A stretch of 63,911 nt of DNA, the filler included, from Dugesia japonica (taxonomy: Eukaryota): the NCBI GenBank assembly GCA_001938525.1. It is 6 parts of 6 records of this genome, joined end to end, with 100 filler letters (N's around TTAATTAATTAA, not from the genome) between each part and the next. Parts side by side here need not be neighbours in the genome. Positions count along the whole stretch, not along the records: positions 12,452 to 26,135 come from MQRL01648309.1; positions 26,236 to 36,469 come from MQRL01514425.1; 4 more parts are not named here. The stretch is one strand, 5' to 3'. Made by a program: the position numbers and the translations under genes. Positions within the stretch are counted from its first letter, which is position 1; every line of letters starts with the position of its first letter. Positions 12,688 to 26,596 of this stretch are shown one piece after another. The notes beneath the pieces are model-generated. The model searched no databases. It was not told where the DNA came from and saw only the letters and a list, made by a program, of their open reading frames with translations.

Positions 12688-14879
12688 TATTTATTATTTA
12701 TTGCCACAAGTTTTGACAGTATATCTTCAGGCGAATTATTTTAACCTATGAGTATAGTATATATATTATAAAGTTCTTCATTGTGTAATCGATTATATAA
12801 CAGTCTTAATAAGATACAATGGAAACACATTTTCTATGAAACAACGTGGATTTTTGTGTTGATTCCAATGGTGCTAATATGTTTATGTAAAAAATTAATA
12901 TTTGATTATTTATGTAAGATTCTTTTTAAAAGCGAATTTAAATTTTTTGTATTTTGAAACGGAATTTATTAAAATCAGATATGTTAAATATTTAAATTAA
13001 ATTATTAAAATAGTTTTATAAAATAAATTTTAAATCTTTATATAATTTAAAGTTAAAAGCAAACGAATTTTAAAATTTATTTTGTTTACAGAAATTGAAA
13101 TTTTAGAATTTTTATTTGTTTTCAGAAAGCGAATTTGATATTTATAATTTGTGTTACATTTAAAATTTGTAATTTGCAGTATATATTAAAAATTTATAAT
13201 TTTAATAATTTGATTGTAGTTTATAAAATTATGAAATTTATAATTTCATTCGAAATAATATTTTTTATGGTATTTTTTACGTTATTTATTAAAATTAAAA
13301 TAAACTGAATTGATGACATATTTTTAAATAAACTGATATTTTTTTAAATTTCCGTTTCGAAATCAATCAATATATCAGTTTCGAATATCAAAAGTATTGC
13401 TTCAAGTTTTCACATCCCTTCCAGCGAGAACAAAGCATTTTATAGACAAGGATGTTTTTAATTTCCAGTAACAAGATTTACTTAATCCGATAAAAAACGG
13501 AGGCTGGGTGAATTTTCAATCTTATATCTTTAATATCAACCTTCAACTGTACCATAAGATCTGTAACGTCATAACATTTCCAACGGTACCATGATGGTTG
13601 AATATCATTATAAGTCTTTGTTGTGCTGTGAACATCGTTCTGGTGAGAACGAAGCATTTTATGGACAGTGTTCTTTAGTCAATGTATAAGTACTATTTTT
13701 CCATTAGAATGATACCAAAGTTGACTTGATACGATCCAAGTTGTAGGCGCAGCAAGTTATCAATATTTGATCCTTAATAACTTTTCACCGTCACGCTTGA
13801 TTGAACCGAGTATAGCACCATGAAATTCTTCATGTCTTTACACATACAATGATACATGTAGGATACTGTCCGGCTTAGGAAATTCAATACCGAAATTTGT
13901 TCAATCATTACCGAGTATACTGGCCACTTATAAGTAGTAATATAAATTTNGGCCAATCAGAATCGAGTATTCAAAGGTCAAACCACCAAATTTCTAAACC
14001 AGGTCAAAGTTGAAACCACTGAATTTCTAATCCACTTTGTTGGCGAAGGGAGGGGTTCAGTGCGCTAGGATTTACTTAGTTAAAGACATTCAATAAAGAT
14101 TTAGAAAAACCAATGTGAAAATTAATTTTTGAATCATTGACAAAATTAAAACATTTTACAACGATTCGTTATTCCAATTATATTTTTTCGTTTTATATGA
14201 AAAATAAAGGGTATAAAGAACCATGAAATAGATACACAATCATTACGTTAAACAAATATGAAAAAAACAAACCAAAAATGACGAGCACCACAGGAATCTC
14301 AGAATAATTTAAAGAAGTATTTTAATATCCATAATGAAAATTGAAATTAAAATAAAATATTTTAAGATAATATTATTATTTAATTTAATAAATATTCTCA
14401 ATTTTTTAAACAGTCAATGAAAATAATTATATACAAATGAACCTAAGTTAAAAATAATATCAAAATCATTATTTCCGGTAAAAGTATTTCCAAATTTTCA
14501 AATTGAAATTATTATGTATTACTGAAGCGAGTGTATTAAAACAAAACTTTTAAATAATAAGTCAAATATGAAATTTACTGCTTAATTTATGATTATTTAA
14601 AGCAAAAAATAAACAAGTATATTGAAACATAAAATTTAAGAAAATAATTAACTTCTTCCACTACTTTTAAATTTTGAAAGTATCATTAAAGATATTACAA
14701 TATACTTAGCTACATAACTACATGCATCGCGAAGTTTCATAAATTAACTTTAATAAGTTGTTAACATTGCTATTGGTTGGTTATTGAATCAATAAAATTA
14801 ACTTGGAATAACTGAGTATATTTCAATAATAATTTAACAATAACAATATGTTGATACAACATAATGACAGTATAATATT

Positions 14880-14880
<1 letters not shown>

Positions 14881-14944
<64 letters not shown>

Positions 14945-15118
14945 NNNNNNNNNNNNNNNNNNNNNNNNNNNNNNNNNNNNNNNNNNNNNNNNNNNNNNNN
15001 NNNNNNNNNNNNNNNNNNNNNNNNNNNNNNNNNNNNNNNNNNNNNNNNNNNNNNNNNNNNNNNNNNNNNNNNNNNNNNNNNNNNNNNNNNNNNNNNNNNN
15101 NNNNNNNNTAATAATAAT
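14881..15118. repeat. (TAA)n microsatellite with internal gap
   Basis: Pure TAA repeats flanking an N run. Confidence 0.97.
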
Positions 15119-16949
15119 ATCAAATAATTAAGTTAAAAAATTGTTTAGGAAATTCATGCAGCCAGTAGTCAAATGCTGTACTTATCCAACCTAATTGTTA
15201 TTATCAATGATTGTTTAACCACTACAATAACATTGATTGACATTTTCAATTACGATTTGTTATACTAAATTTGTTAGCAATTTTGTAATTTTAAGAAAAT
15301 ATTAGAGTGTTTTTTACAATTTTTTCTTAAAATTGACATTAAATAATTATAAATATTATGAAAAAAGTCTTATTAAAAGTATTAAAATTATTTACAAATA
15401 TAAATGAAAATGAATTATTGTTGACAAATGTGTTATATTCTTAAAATAAATTATTTACTGTAATTGAAACTGTGAGATAAGATTAATTTAGTAGTCCAAT
15501 TTTTCGAGATTTTAACATTGATTTTTCTTTTGAAAATTTGAAATTAATAATTTAAGATAATATTTTAAATGTTTAAAGAAGGTTTATTTTTAAACTATTT
15601 AAAATAAATAAGGTAAAACTTTTAGAATAAATATTTAGGTTAAAAAATTAATAAAATTATTACAAATTATAAATATGAAAAATTAAATCGAGATGAATAA
15701 AATTAATGAAAGTTAAATATAAACAATATATTTAAAATTAATTTGATTTAATAAAATAAATTTTAAAATAAAATCGAAATTAATGAAATTATTTTTGTCG
15801 GTGTATACACGACACTTGAGCTCTTTTATCAATTTATCACAATCTAAGATCCGACTGTAATCATATCAGTTGGGTCTCTGTTAATTAATTCTTCCAAAAT
15901 AAATAATAATTACTGTGATTGAATTGAATCAAAATAAATCCTCTCGATAATCAAAATATATTTCAGTCNNNNNNNNNNNNNNNNNNNNNNNNNNNNNNNN
16001 NNNNNNNNNNNNNNNNNNNNNNNNNNNNNNNNNNNNNNNNNNNNNNNNNNNNNNNNNNNNNNNNNNNNNNNNNNNNNNNNNNNNNNNCAAATTAACTTTT
16101 ACAAAATTGTCGAATATTTTTTTAATCAACGAATAGTGCTTCAATCACACCACTGATTTAACTTTTACAAATAAACACCAATAAAATAACTTATCAAATA
16201 AAACTCAAGTATGATTTTCCAATCAAATTATTTGGTTACATCGAAATCCCATTGGTCGCACATCAACTTTTTAATTTTGCTATTGAATGGGATCGAGCCC
16301 CTTAAATTTTAAAATAACTCAATTTTCTCTCAAAATTGTTAGCAATNTATATTTCATGTGTAAAATATTTTATATTCAAATTGATTATTTCATCTAAATT
16401 TAATTATTCAAAGTTTTCATAACGTGCTTTTAACCACCTTCTCATCTACAAAAATAATTTCGTATTACTTACGATGATTTTTAGTGTATAGACTTTATTT
16501 TAAATTATATGTTTACATTTATTATCACATTATTAGATACACCCTTTATTAATATGAATCAATTTTAAATTGATTTGTATTTTTACATAATTAATTTTTA
16601 AAATTTTTCTTTTACAGTATTATATTCATTTAAATTTTACAATTGATATATTTTAATTTATTTAGAGCTTTTGGAATTTCAATTTTATATTTTTATTTTA
16701 TTTTATTTTTTCAACTGTTACATTTTTAATAAAAAATTTTTTAATTTTTTTTTAAAAATTTAGTCTAAAATGGTTAAGCTTATTTAATTTGTTTGAGAAA
16801 AACAACTTCAGATCGTTATCTTATTTTTTAAAAAAAATATTTCATGGATTCAAAAGCTCTTTTAAATTCAACGGTTAACGTCTTAGGTTCACCTAACGAA
16901 ACCAATTGTTTCTTTTTTATTTTTAAATACGAAGCTTCTACAAACAGGC

Positions 16950-18560
16950 TTTAATGGTCGTGCCTTGTTAATTGTTAGTCATTAAATAAATAAAAATTAT
17001 ATGTAGTTAAATTGTTCAGCTTCTAATCACATCTTGTTGTTATTCCTATTGAACAACTTTCAAATATCAAAAGTTTTGCTGAAATTCTAGAATAATACAA
17101 ATGAATTGCAGTATTGAAGTAGTAATATTCGATCTATATACTCCACCAATTATTGTTTTAATTATCCTGTCTCTAAAAATTATTATTTGCGATATTTTTT
17201 GCATCTTAATACGTATTATTTTTATTTTCTTCATATTTTCTACATATTCTTTTGAGTTTGGTTTGTTTTTGTTAGTGTTTATGATATTCCATAGATTAAT
17301 TTTTTATCTTCTTTCAAAAAGGATTTTGTTTGTTGAATATTTGGCTGTTTACTGTATTGTATTTCAAATATCGTATTCTACAAAAGGAAATGTTGATCTC
17401 CAGTTTTTGATTCCCATATAACATGCAACTGCACTTATAATGAGCTTAACTATTGTAAATAATCTTTTTACTAACCCGTCACATAGAAAACTTTTGCTTT
17501 TCATAGTTTATCACCATACTTTTCACAAAATATTCTCCTTGATAACTTATACTAGCATTTTCTACTAAAATCACTTTATTATTTTGGTGATTATAATTAC
17601 TATTATTATGACTCATTTTTCCGATTCCTGAATTCTGACTCATCAATATGGTCAGTTTTTTAATGATTCAGGTGCTATGGGTTTAGATAGAAAATAAATT
17701 TCGATACCTAGTTTATTTATTCCGTCGTTGGCAGTATCCACTAAAACTACTTATTTTTTCATACTTCTTAATCCGATAAATAAATTAGGGAAAATATTCA
17801 GCATGATATCGAATATATGAGCTGTTATTATCAGTGCAATTGCTGCATTAAAATCATGTTACCAAGACAGCGTTTAGTAGTCACATTTGCACTTTAAACT
17901 TTGGTAGCTGAGTAATATATTTTAATGGCGGGATTCTCCTTTTATACACATTGCGAAATTCAACCATGAAGTTTATTTGAAAAATATCGATTGTCTTATC
18001 TTTTATAGTCTTTGGAAGGTAACTGTAGGAATTTAAGCTTAATCGTAATGTTATAGTTAGAAAACAATAAAAATTAATCTTCTGAGTAAAATAATAGCAA
18101 CTTATTTACAATTTTCATGATTTTGATGCGATATTAAAATGCGTACTAAAAAAATGATGTTAGTCGTTGATGAATTAAGTGATAGGGTAACGTGGCTTAG
18201 AAGTATCCCACGAAGAATTACATGCACAGTTCCTAATCTAAACTTCTTGAATAGGTCCGTTGACTTCCAATTTACGATATTCGCTCTTGTTCATTTCATC
18301 CCTTAGCTCAGTTAACATAATTATTAATATTAATAATTTAATCTTCGTCACTATTGCCCTTATATCTTCGCTATCGCATCCAACAATCTTGTTATTGCAA
18401 TTATTACGAGAATACTTGTTGAACGTAACCATTGATCGTTTTTCAGAATTTATTTAAAATAAAAGCTTCAAACATAATTATTGTTTTTTTAGTTTTTTGA
18501 GATTCATTCAATATTTCGACTTTGTCTTTGTCAGAAATTGACTTTTTATAGTGCTCATTA
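16950..18560 (-). mobile_element. Decayed Penelope-like retroelement with 5' pLTR
   Basis: A pLTR-like segment at 18400-18550 is homologous to 34740-34900 and carries a hammerhead motif. Broken coding frames follow on the minus strand. RT and endonuclease motifs are only weakly discernible. Confidence 0.45.
18506..18540 (-). ncRNA. Degenerate minimal type I hammerhead ribozyme
   Basis: Minus strand CAATTT-CTGACAA-AGAC AAA GTC-GAAA-TATT-GAAT. The CUGANGA core carries a G>A change. Confidence 0.55.
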
Positions 18561-19249
18561 TTGAGCTCATCAATTATTTCTTAAATTTACAAGTATTAAT
18601 ATCTTTAAAATCTAGATTTAANNTATTTTGTTATTTAATTATAGAAAATTATCTGCTATTAATAATAATTAATAATTAAAACTACATTAAACTGGAAACA
18701 TTTTTTGCAGTTATCATTACAATTTATTGTTTGTATAGGCAGGTGTTTAATAAAAAAATATAACACATGACTAATTAACGTGGTGGTAAATAAAAAATCC
18801 GAAGTAAGAAGCATCATAAAATATTATTTCATTTTTTCATTAAGGGAGCATAATGACAGAAATTGTTGCACAATTAAATCCTTAAAAATTTACCTTGTAA
18901 ACTTAAAACAGCAGTTTTTAAATTTTAACTAAGAAAAGTGATAAAAAAAAATTGTGAAAATTGCAGATGGTTGTATAGGTTTTCAGAATCTATTTTTAGC
19001 AGCTAATTAAATTGGCTGGTTTTCTAACATTATTACGATACTTTTCTCATATTGCTTCAATTCTTGGAATGCCAAAACTACTGGAGAAGAGTAAACTAAA
19101 AGAATTTGGAGTCGATTTGAATTTGATTTGGAGTCCACAGTAAAATCCTATTGATTGATTTTTTTNNNNNNNNNNNNNNNNNNNNNNNNNNNNNNNNNNN
19201 NNNNNNNNNNNNNNNNNNNNNNAAACCTTCATATAAGGTACACTCTGAT

Positions 19250-19910
19250 GTGAGCCTACTACTATCTATTAAAGATAATTCAAATATGAAAATCTGAATA
19301 TGTTTTATCCGAATATATGATTTTGATATTATTTTTAATTACGGTTTATTTATGGAACATTGTTCTATGAATAATTCAATTCACTGTCTCTGTATTATTT
19401 GGAGAATCTCTAATAAATTGATTGGGATTTTAAAAAAATACAAATTTTATTAAATAATCTGACTCTGAATCTTGTGTTCGTTTAATTGATAAATTATTTA
19501 GTTTATATGAGGATTTACGATTACAATAAACGCGGGTTGATTGTTTGGGAAAACCTTCAGAAATCATTACCAGGAGTATGACGATAATGCTATAGTGGAA
19601 TATCAAAGATTTTTTAAATTAGCTTTTTTTTATGACTGACTTGATTAATTTCAGAATATTTTGGACTAAACTGTAATGTCTCATATCAACTTTAAAGAAA
19701 GATAAACTTTGCATATTCAATTTTGCTAATAATCAAAACATTACTTAGAGATACACAATTTTCCGGTTTATTTGACGATGTGAATGCATTGACTGAATAG
19801 ATCCTTTCAAGATTTAGATATATTGAAAGAAATATTTCGCCCTTCAATATTGTTGACGTCAATTAATCATAGCCACATTTGTTAAACTTTTTCAACCCTC
19901 CCACAAATTT
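19250..19910 (-). mobile_element. Decayed Penelope-like RT C-terminus/GIY-YIG remnant
   Basis: Minus-strand FIN*TNTRFRVR resembles YIGxTxRxFxxR. The upstream frames are only weakly RT-like. Confidence 0.3.
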
Positions 19911-20252
19911 TGTTGATATAATAAACAGACGTCCCCTTATTATAATAAAATTAAAGAATTGTTTAAAAATATTTTTTTTAAATAATTATTACAATAATAA
20001 ATGTTCAGCAGATGAGTTATTTAATTGATAATCAAGCAGTATAAAAATTTGGTCTTGGCTCGAATTGACTGATAAAATTTGGCTCCCGATTATATTCGGC
20101 AATTGGACCCAAAAGAAAATCAATTTTTACAATTTATTACCTAAAATTCATTAAATCTTTCAACTAATTTTCAATTAAATACAAATATATTTATTAGTTA
20201 TTTTTACAATTACAATAAAAAATGTTGAATTTTTTTTTCAAATTTCAAAAAA

Positions 20253-20846
20253 TCATTGAAGATTATTGACATAAATTATAGACTTGAGATTCTCCATTTT
20301 ATGAATATTTTTCTCCATTTTAGCCCGCATTTTTTTCCCATAATAACAATGATTATTCATATTGAAATCTAATTTCGTTAATTTTTCGTTTAATTGTTCT
20401 GATTTCATTTTAACGTCCTTCAACAAATCACGCGAAGTCATAATTTCATTAGTAATTTCAATTTGATTTTGTTGTTGATTATAAAAATAAGAAATTAATT
20501 TATTATTTGTATTATTTAATAATTTTGAATTTTCAATTAGTTTTGGAGTTTCATACAAATTTCTATTGTTAATTTGAAAATTGTTTAATTTTGATTTTAA
20601 GGAAATATTTTCAGTAATTAAATGTCCAAACAGTTCTTCTAATAGTTGAATTTTTACCGATTGTTCAGAATCAGAATGATTTATTAAATCTGTAAATAGG
20701 AATTTTAAATCATCTTGAAAGTTTATGTTTTTCTTAACATTAAAATCCAATAAATAAGAACGAGATAATTTTTCATTACTATTATTAGTATTGGATTTTT
20801 CAATAGAATCTAGTGGATAATTCGTTAACAAATTTTCATTTGACAT
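20253..20846 (-). CDS. Hypothetical N/K/L-rich, probably coiled-coil protein (197 aa)
   Basis: An ATG-started uninterrupted 594-nt ORF is unusually long for this AT content. No recognisable domain. Confidence 0.45.
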   Translation of the reverse strand: MSNENLLTNYPLDSIEKSNTNNSNEKLSRSYLLDFNVKKNINFQDDLKFLFTDLINHSDSEQSVKIQLLEELFGHLITENISLKSKLNNFQINNRNLYETPKLIENSKLLNNTNNKLISYFYNQQQNQIEITNEIMTSRDLLKDVKMKSEQLNEKLTKLDFNMNNHCYYGKKMRAKMEKNIHKMENLKSIIYVNNLQ

Positions 20847-20968
20847 TTACTATATGTTATTAATATTAAAAATTGTAATTGATAAATTTGTATTGATTTC
20901 AAATTTATAAATAATTTCCAGTTATAGATTTTTTATTTATATATTAAAAATAAAAATCTACGTGAGTA

Positions 20969-21363
20969 TCGTCTTTTTCCGAAAATAAGAAACTGTCTTA
21001 CTTTCTTTTTTAGTCCAAATTACGGCTCAATATCGGGGGTATGTCTTATTTTTCAAAATATAGTCTTTTAATATCCATATATAAATATGAATTTCACATA
21101 AATTACTTTTATTTTAGCTAACATGTGTACATTTCTGGGAAATTTGGGTATATGTTTATTTAAATTTCAATTTCTTCAAATACAGTAATGTCATCTTCTG
21201 GAACATCATCATAACTTATAATACAAATGAAAAATTTAAACAAAATGGTTTTATTGATAATTATCTATTTCCCACATTATTTGAACTAGGGCTTATTTGG
21301 GGGGGGTTTCTATTCCGAAAAATCCTGAAAATCACGTTAGCGCTTTTTTTCGGAAAAAGACGG
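20969..21363. mobile_element. Pogo/Tc2-like MITE
   Basis: TIRs (T/C)CGTCTTTTTCCGAAAA...TTTTCGGAAAAAGACGG, flanked by TA on both sides. Confidence 0.75.
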
Positions 21364-22217
21364 TAGATTTTTTTATGAAATACCTTTGATTCATTTCTAA
21401 TATTAAAATGTAAATAGTTGAGAACATAGAGCTAAAAATCTTTGTGCCAAATAAATAAAATAATGACGTTAAATAGTGACGTATTTAACTCAATTTCCAG
21501 AGACAACTAAGGGAAATCTGTCAAAAATAAAATTAATAATAATAGCCAGTAAAAACAAATAGAATACCTACCAAATAGTCTTAGAAACAAGTAGGCCTGT
21601 TAACAGGTATGGTATAAAAGAAAACTAGATTTTTTTTATTTGAAATTGTATCATTATGTATCATCAAACATTCCTAAATAATATCTTATAAAAATAACAA
21701 TATCAATGGACTACAAAGGAAAAAGATAATCTAAATTTAGATCAAGTTTAATGTGTTCATCACTAGATAACAAACCAGATATTTTAAAGATATTAACAAC
21801 ATCCTGGTATACTTCAAATTGAAATTAATCTGGTGATATAGAATTTCAATAATTAAAAACTGCAAATCTTATCGATCACAAGATTATATTATAAAATTAA
21901 ACTGATAAACATAGTTGCGGCAATAAAAAGAACATCAGAAAAATTCTTCTGACCAGCATTATTCATTATTATATAAATAAAGATGTAATCAAATTAAATT
22001 AAAATTTTAAATTATCCAGGAGCACTTGATACAATTTTAAGCTTACTTTTAACGGGTCGAAATTATGAAGAATATAGTGGTTAAATAACTGGATTAATGC
22101 GTGATTTAATAAATTAAAAATAAAGATTATTTAAAAAAATATCTAAACATAAAATAATTTTCCACAAATTGTTTTGTTAAATTTTTTAATATTTAATTTT
22201 TAAAATTTATATATATA

Positions 22218-23470
22218 CAGTAAAACCTCTGAAAGCCGGAACTTATTTAAGGTGGAAAACCTGTATATAACGGAAAATCCAAATTTTTAAAAGTCCCTTT
22301 CAGAAATAATGACTATAAATTAAGTACGGATGCCGGAATACTGCCAGACATGGAAGACGGAACAAATTTTATGAAATTCATTAATTTTCATGAGTATATA
22401 AGCCGGTCAAAAGCGGAATTTCTTTGTTTAAATATTCCTGTTTTTGATAAAAATTTAAAATTTTAGTACAATGTCTTTTATATTTGGAAAAATTAACAAT
22501 TTATCTATGAAACAGAAGAATCAAGCAATCAATATGGTGATAAATGAAAAGAAGAAGGTTAATGAAGTAGCCACATTTTTTAAATGCGGCAAAAGCCAAA
22601 TATACNNNNNNATTAAAAACAAGGATGCAATAATGTAGAGTATGGAGAGTAGTATAAATTCACCAAAGAAAAAATTACGGAAAGAAGTTCATGAAGAATT
22701 AAATGGAGCTATTTTTGAATGGTTTTGTGTTGCAAAATCTAAAAATGTAGCAGTAAGTGATCCAATATTCAAAGAAAAAGCTATGCAACTTGCTGAAGCA
22801 ATGAAAATTACTAATTTTTGTGATTCCAATAGAATGTGAACCATTTCTTGTAGAAGATAACTTGAAAGAACTACAGTCATTAATTGTTGAATCGTTATCA
22901 TTAGTTGTAGATGGTGAATCTCAGTTAATAAAAGCATCTGATTATGTCGATATTGATAATCATGTCTTCACAGAAAGTGACACCGCATATATCGAAGATT
23001 TCGTTCCTATGGAAGAAGATTCGGACGAAGAGATAATCTTTGAAAGATAATTAAAAATGCCAAGTTCAGATGAACTAATTTCATCTTTCAAAATACTCAA
23101 GGATTACTCAAAATTAAAGGGAACTTCCGTATCTTGGATACCATTGAACAATGGCATCTTCAAATTTACGATGATTTGCCAAAAACATCAATATTGAAAT
23201 GACAAACTAAACTCGGGTATTTTTTCTTAAATAAAGAATTAATTGATTACTCTGATATTTTAATTTATTTAATTTTTCTTTTCCTTAATAAAATGTGTGG
23301 AAAAAAGTTATATTCAAAAACTATATTACGGATTGAATTTTATTGAATTTTATTGCGTGACTATTATGCAATGCAAGTAAATTTTTACTTAACTTTTTAA
23401 GCTGGAAAAACTGTTTAACGCTGAAAGAACCAAGTTTTTCGGTCCCTTCCAATTCCGGCTTTCACAGGTT

Positions 23471-23476
<6 letters not shown>
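22218..23476 (+). mobile_element. Internally deleted pogo/Tigger transposon
   Basis: TIRs CAGTAAAACCT.TGAAAGCCGGAA / TTCCGGCTTTCACAGGTTTAACT in TA context. The ORF from 22471 has psq- and CENP-B-type HTH motifs (VATFFKCGKSQIY; ELNGAIFEWF...IFKEKAMQLA). The DDE core is missing. Confidence 0.88.

Positions 23477-23522
<46 letters not shown>
23475..23522. repeat. (TA)n(TG)n compound microsatellite
   Basis: Seen directly. Confidence 0.95.
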
Positions 23523-23990
23523 ACTATATATAACTTAATATAGATATTAACAAATATACTTGACTGTTTACTTACATTAATTTGAATGAAACTAAAATGC
23601 AAATAGATATAAATATACATAAAAAATAAAACTCTAAAACAAAACATTTTAGTCTGAAGGTTTCTTTAAATAATACTGTAATATACTTATTATCAGTAAA
23701 TGAAATGTGATCTAGATCATCTGATGATGAAATGGCATATTCTTGCACGAATATGTTAAAGTTTGCAATGAGCTTGGTGTATCTGCTCAACAAACATTAT
23801 AAACTATATCCAATATTCTGTTTAGCAGTTATGTCAATAACGTAGATTGCGATCTAACCGTCGATTGCGCATGGACTTTCGGCCGATCGTCAAAAAATAA
23901 TAGTTCTTTAAATTCCATTTCAATTTCCAATTCCAACAATTAACACTATAAAATGATATAAACATACATTGTCCCTATAAAACAAAACTA

Positions 23991-25306
23991 CAGTACTCGT
24001 AAAAAGTCTGTTCACCCCCTATAAAAAATCCAACTTTTAATTGGAATGAATACTTTCAGCCACGAAATTTAATAAATAAATAAATAAATGATAGTCTTAA
24101 TATTTAATAGGATATCCTTTTGATTTTTTGACCAATTCTAATCTTTTTGTCATCGAGAATACAATTTTCTTGCATAGATTACGAGAAAGTTTGTACTATT
24201 CGCTTTGGACCTCATTCCATAATTCTTCAGCAGAATTGTGTATCATTGGTCTTACTTTCTGTTTAAGGATACCCAAGATATTTTCTATGGGGTTCAGGTC
24301 AGGAGAATTACCTGAAAAGGGTAAGACATCAATATTTTTATTTTTTAGGAAAGCCTAGGCACTTTTGGCCTTATGTGGTGGAGCCAAATCATGTTGAAAA
24401 ACGAATGCTGCTTTTGGAAAGACTAAGCATTTACCGACTATGTCTATATCACGAAGTATCTCTTTTTGATATTTCTCGGCATTCATATTTCCATTGATTC
24501 TTTTCAGAAGTCCAACTCCATTAATGTTTAAGCAGCCCCAAACATGTATGTATAGACCATGTCGCATAACTGCTTGGATAAAGGTAGGATTGGGATTTTC
24601 CAATGAGGTTCTTTGAATCAATAATTTACTTGATAACGAATATGACTGAAAGATACACTCGTTGCTGAATACAACATTTCCCCATTTATCTGCATCCCAC
24701 CTACTGTAAGTCATGGCCCAGGAAAGTCTTCTGAGACGTTGGTGCAATTTGAAATATGGCTTCTTAATTGCTAAATAACTTCGAAAACCGTATTGTTCAG
24801 AATTTTCTGAACAGTACTAACAGAAACATTTTGGACAGCACTTGTATTGCACATATGCGTGATATTATGAACAGATAATAAGCTATTGGCTTTGCAAATG
24901 CGTGTTATAGCTCGTGAAGCTTGGGGTCTGCCATTTCTCATCTTATCTCGCACGGATCCCATTTTCCGATATTTCTTCCATAGATATTGCATTCCACGTT
25001 TTGTCACTGTCTTGTTGTACTTTTCACGTAATTCACGAGCTGTTTCTGTCCAAGACTTTCCATTATTCTGTAGTATAACGATTACATTTCTTTGAAATTC
25101 TGTTAAATTTCTAGACATTATAATGCTCTAAAACCATGTCATTTTCCATTATTTTACATGTATCAATTAAAAATAAATTATAATAACTTATTTTATTTAA
25201 ATAGTTTATCAATAACTAAATATTTAAACAATTAGTTTAAACTAAATTGAAATGTTTATTAAAGGTTGCATTTTTATAGGGGGTGAATAGACTTTTACGA
25301 GTACTG
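23991..25306 (-). mobile_element. Full-length Tc1 (DD34E-type) transposon with disrupted transposase
   Basis: TIRs CAGTACTCGTAAAA(A)GTCT.TTCACCCCCTATAAAAA at both ends, with TA on the left. The transposase runs from 25118 to ~24110: GRP, WGNVVFSNE, VWGC, FQHDLAPPH, SPDLNPIEN. It has a frameshift, a stop and a catalytic D>N change. Confidence 0.95.
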
Positions 25307-25931
25307 CAATAACTAACAAATGGCAGTAATGCCAGAAATAACCAAATAAAATAAACTTTGGTTAATTTAAGCAAATTTCAAAACACACGTGATTAACAGT
25401 TATTTAACATATGAGTCACACAACCTAATAATAATTTATTTGATTTGAATATTTGCTTTATGAAGTTTACTATATAATAAAAGCAAATATCCGATTAAAT
25501 TTATTTTGGACAAAAGGTTGAAATTTATCTTTTCCCTCAAATTAAGTTTATGCAAACAATTTTTAATTATTATTTATTATATAATATTTCACTTAATTGT
25601 GAAGCCGTGCAATATAATAACAGAGGTAATTAATATTTAAAAAATATGTTACTCATTACGTTTATATAACAAAAAAAATTATTCGTAAAACATTATTTAC
25701 AGCTTGTAAAGATTATAGTTACAATAATATTTTTAAAAAACTTATCTTGTCATTAATTTTAGAAAAACTAGATTGCGAAGGATTTTTACTGACCAAAGTA
25801 GATTTTTACAAAAATTATTTAACACCCTTGCTGTATAGATTGTATTCTTTAGGCCTCGATACTTCTTAAAGATGCAACAGTTGAATTATTGGAAATAACT
25901 ATAAACTCTACCTTTAAAAGAATGTTGCATG

Positions 25932-26119
25932 TGTTGGGTATTTCTACTCAACAAAAGATTTTATGGTTCGTACTAATATAAATAAGAGTTTACGGGTGTT
26001 AAAATTTCTTTGTTTGTTTTTTAATTATATGTCAATACACTACTATATAGATGCAATATAGTATAGATAACTGATATCGTGTAATTATCCTATGTAATAA
26101 ATAAATAAATAAAATAACA
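25932..26119 (+). mobile_element. Short solo-LTR-like repeat
   Basis: Starts TGTTGGGTATTTCTACTCAACA and ends AATAAA...AACA. Related copies at ~34905-35139 (minus) and ~48213-48392. Confidence 0.5.
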
Positions 26120-26135
26120 CACTTTGAATTATTTT

Positions 26136-26235
26136 NNNNNNNNNNNNNNNNNNNNNNNNNNNNNNNNNNNNNNNNNNNNTTAATTAATTAANNNNNNNNN
26201 NNNNNNNNNNNNNNNNNNNNNNNNNNNNNNNNNNN
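26136..26235. other. Artificial contig linker
   Basis: N44-TTAATTAATTAA-N44. Confidence 0.97.
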
Positions 26236-26596
26236 CTTTCAAATAGAAATTAATTCCTCGTAAAAATTTATTCCGTCACCCAAATTATGTTTTAATAATT
26301 TTAATTTTTATTATTATTGATTTTTTAAAATTGTAATTTATTATTAGATAAATTTTGTAAAATATTATCGCTCAATTATATCGACCATTTACCATATTTA
26401 CAAATCATATTGATGTTAAAATAAAATCTGAAATTTGTAAGTCGTGATTGTTAATATTTTCAATACAGTAAATTTTACAGTAATAATTTTCACTTCAATT
26501 AATTCTAAAATCTTATTGGTTGATGTAGTGAGATTTATTACAGTTATTAAACAAAACAAAATACACAACGCAATTACAAGTGATAGTTCATCAATA

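Noticed and set aside
26444-26596. 51-aa N-terminal extension of the P450 in the ORF track
   Set aside because: Starts at GTG. The ATG at 26597 directly precedes the membrane anchor.
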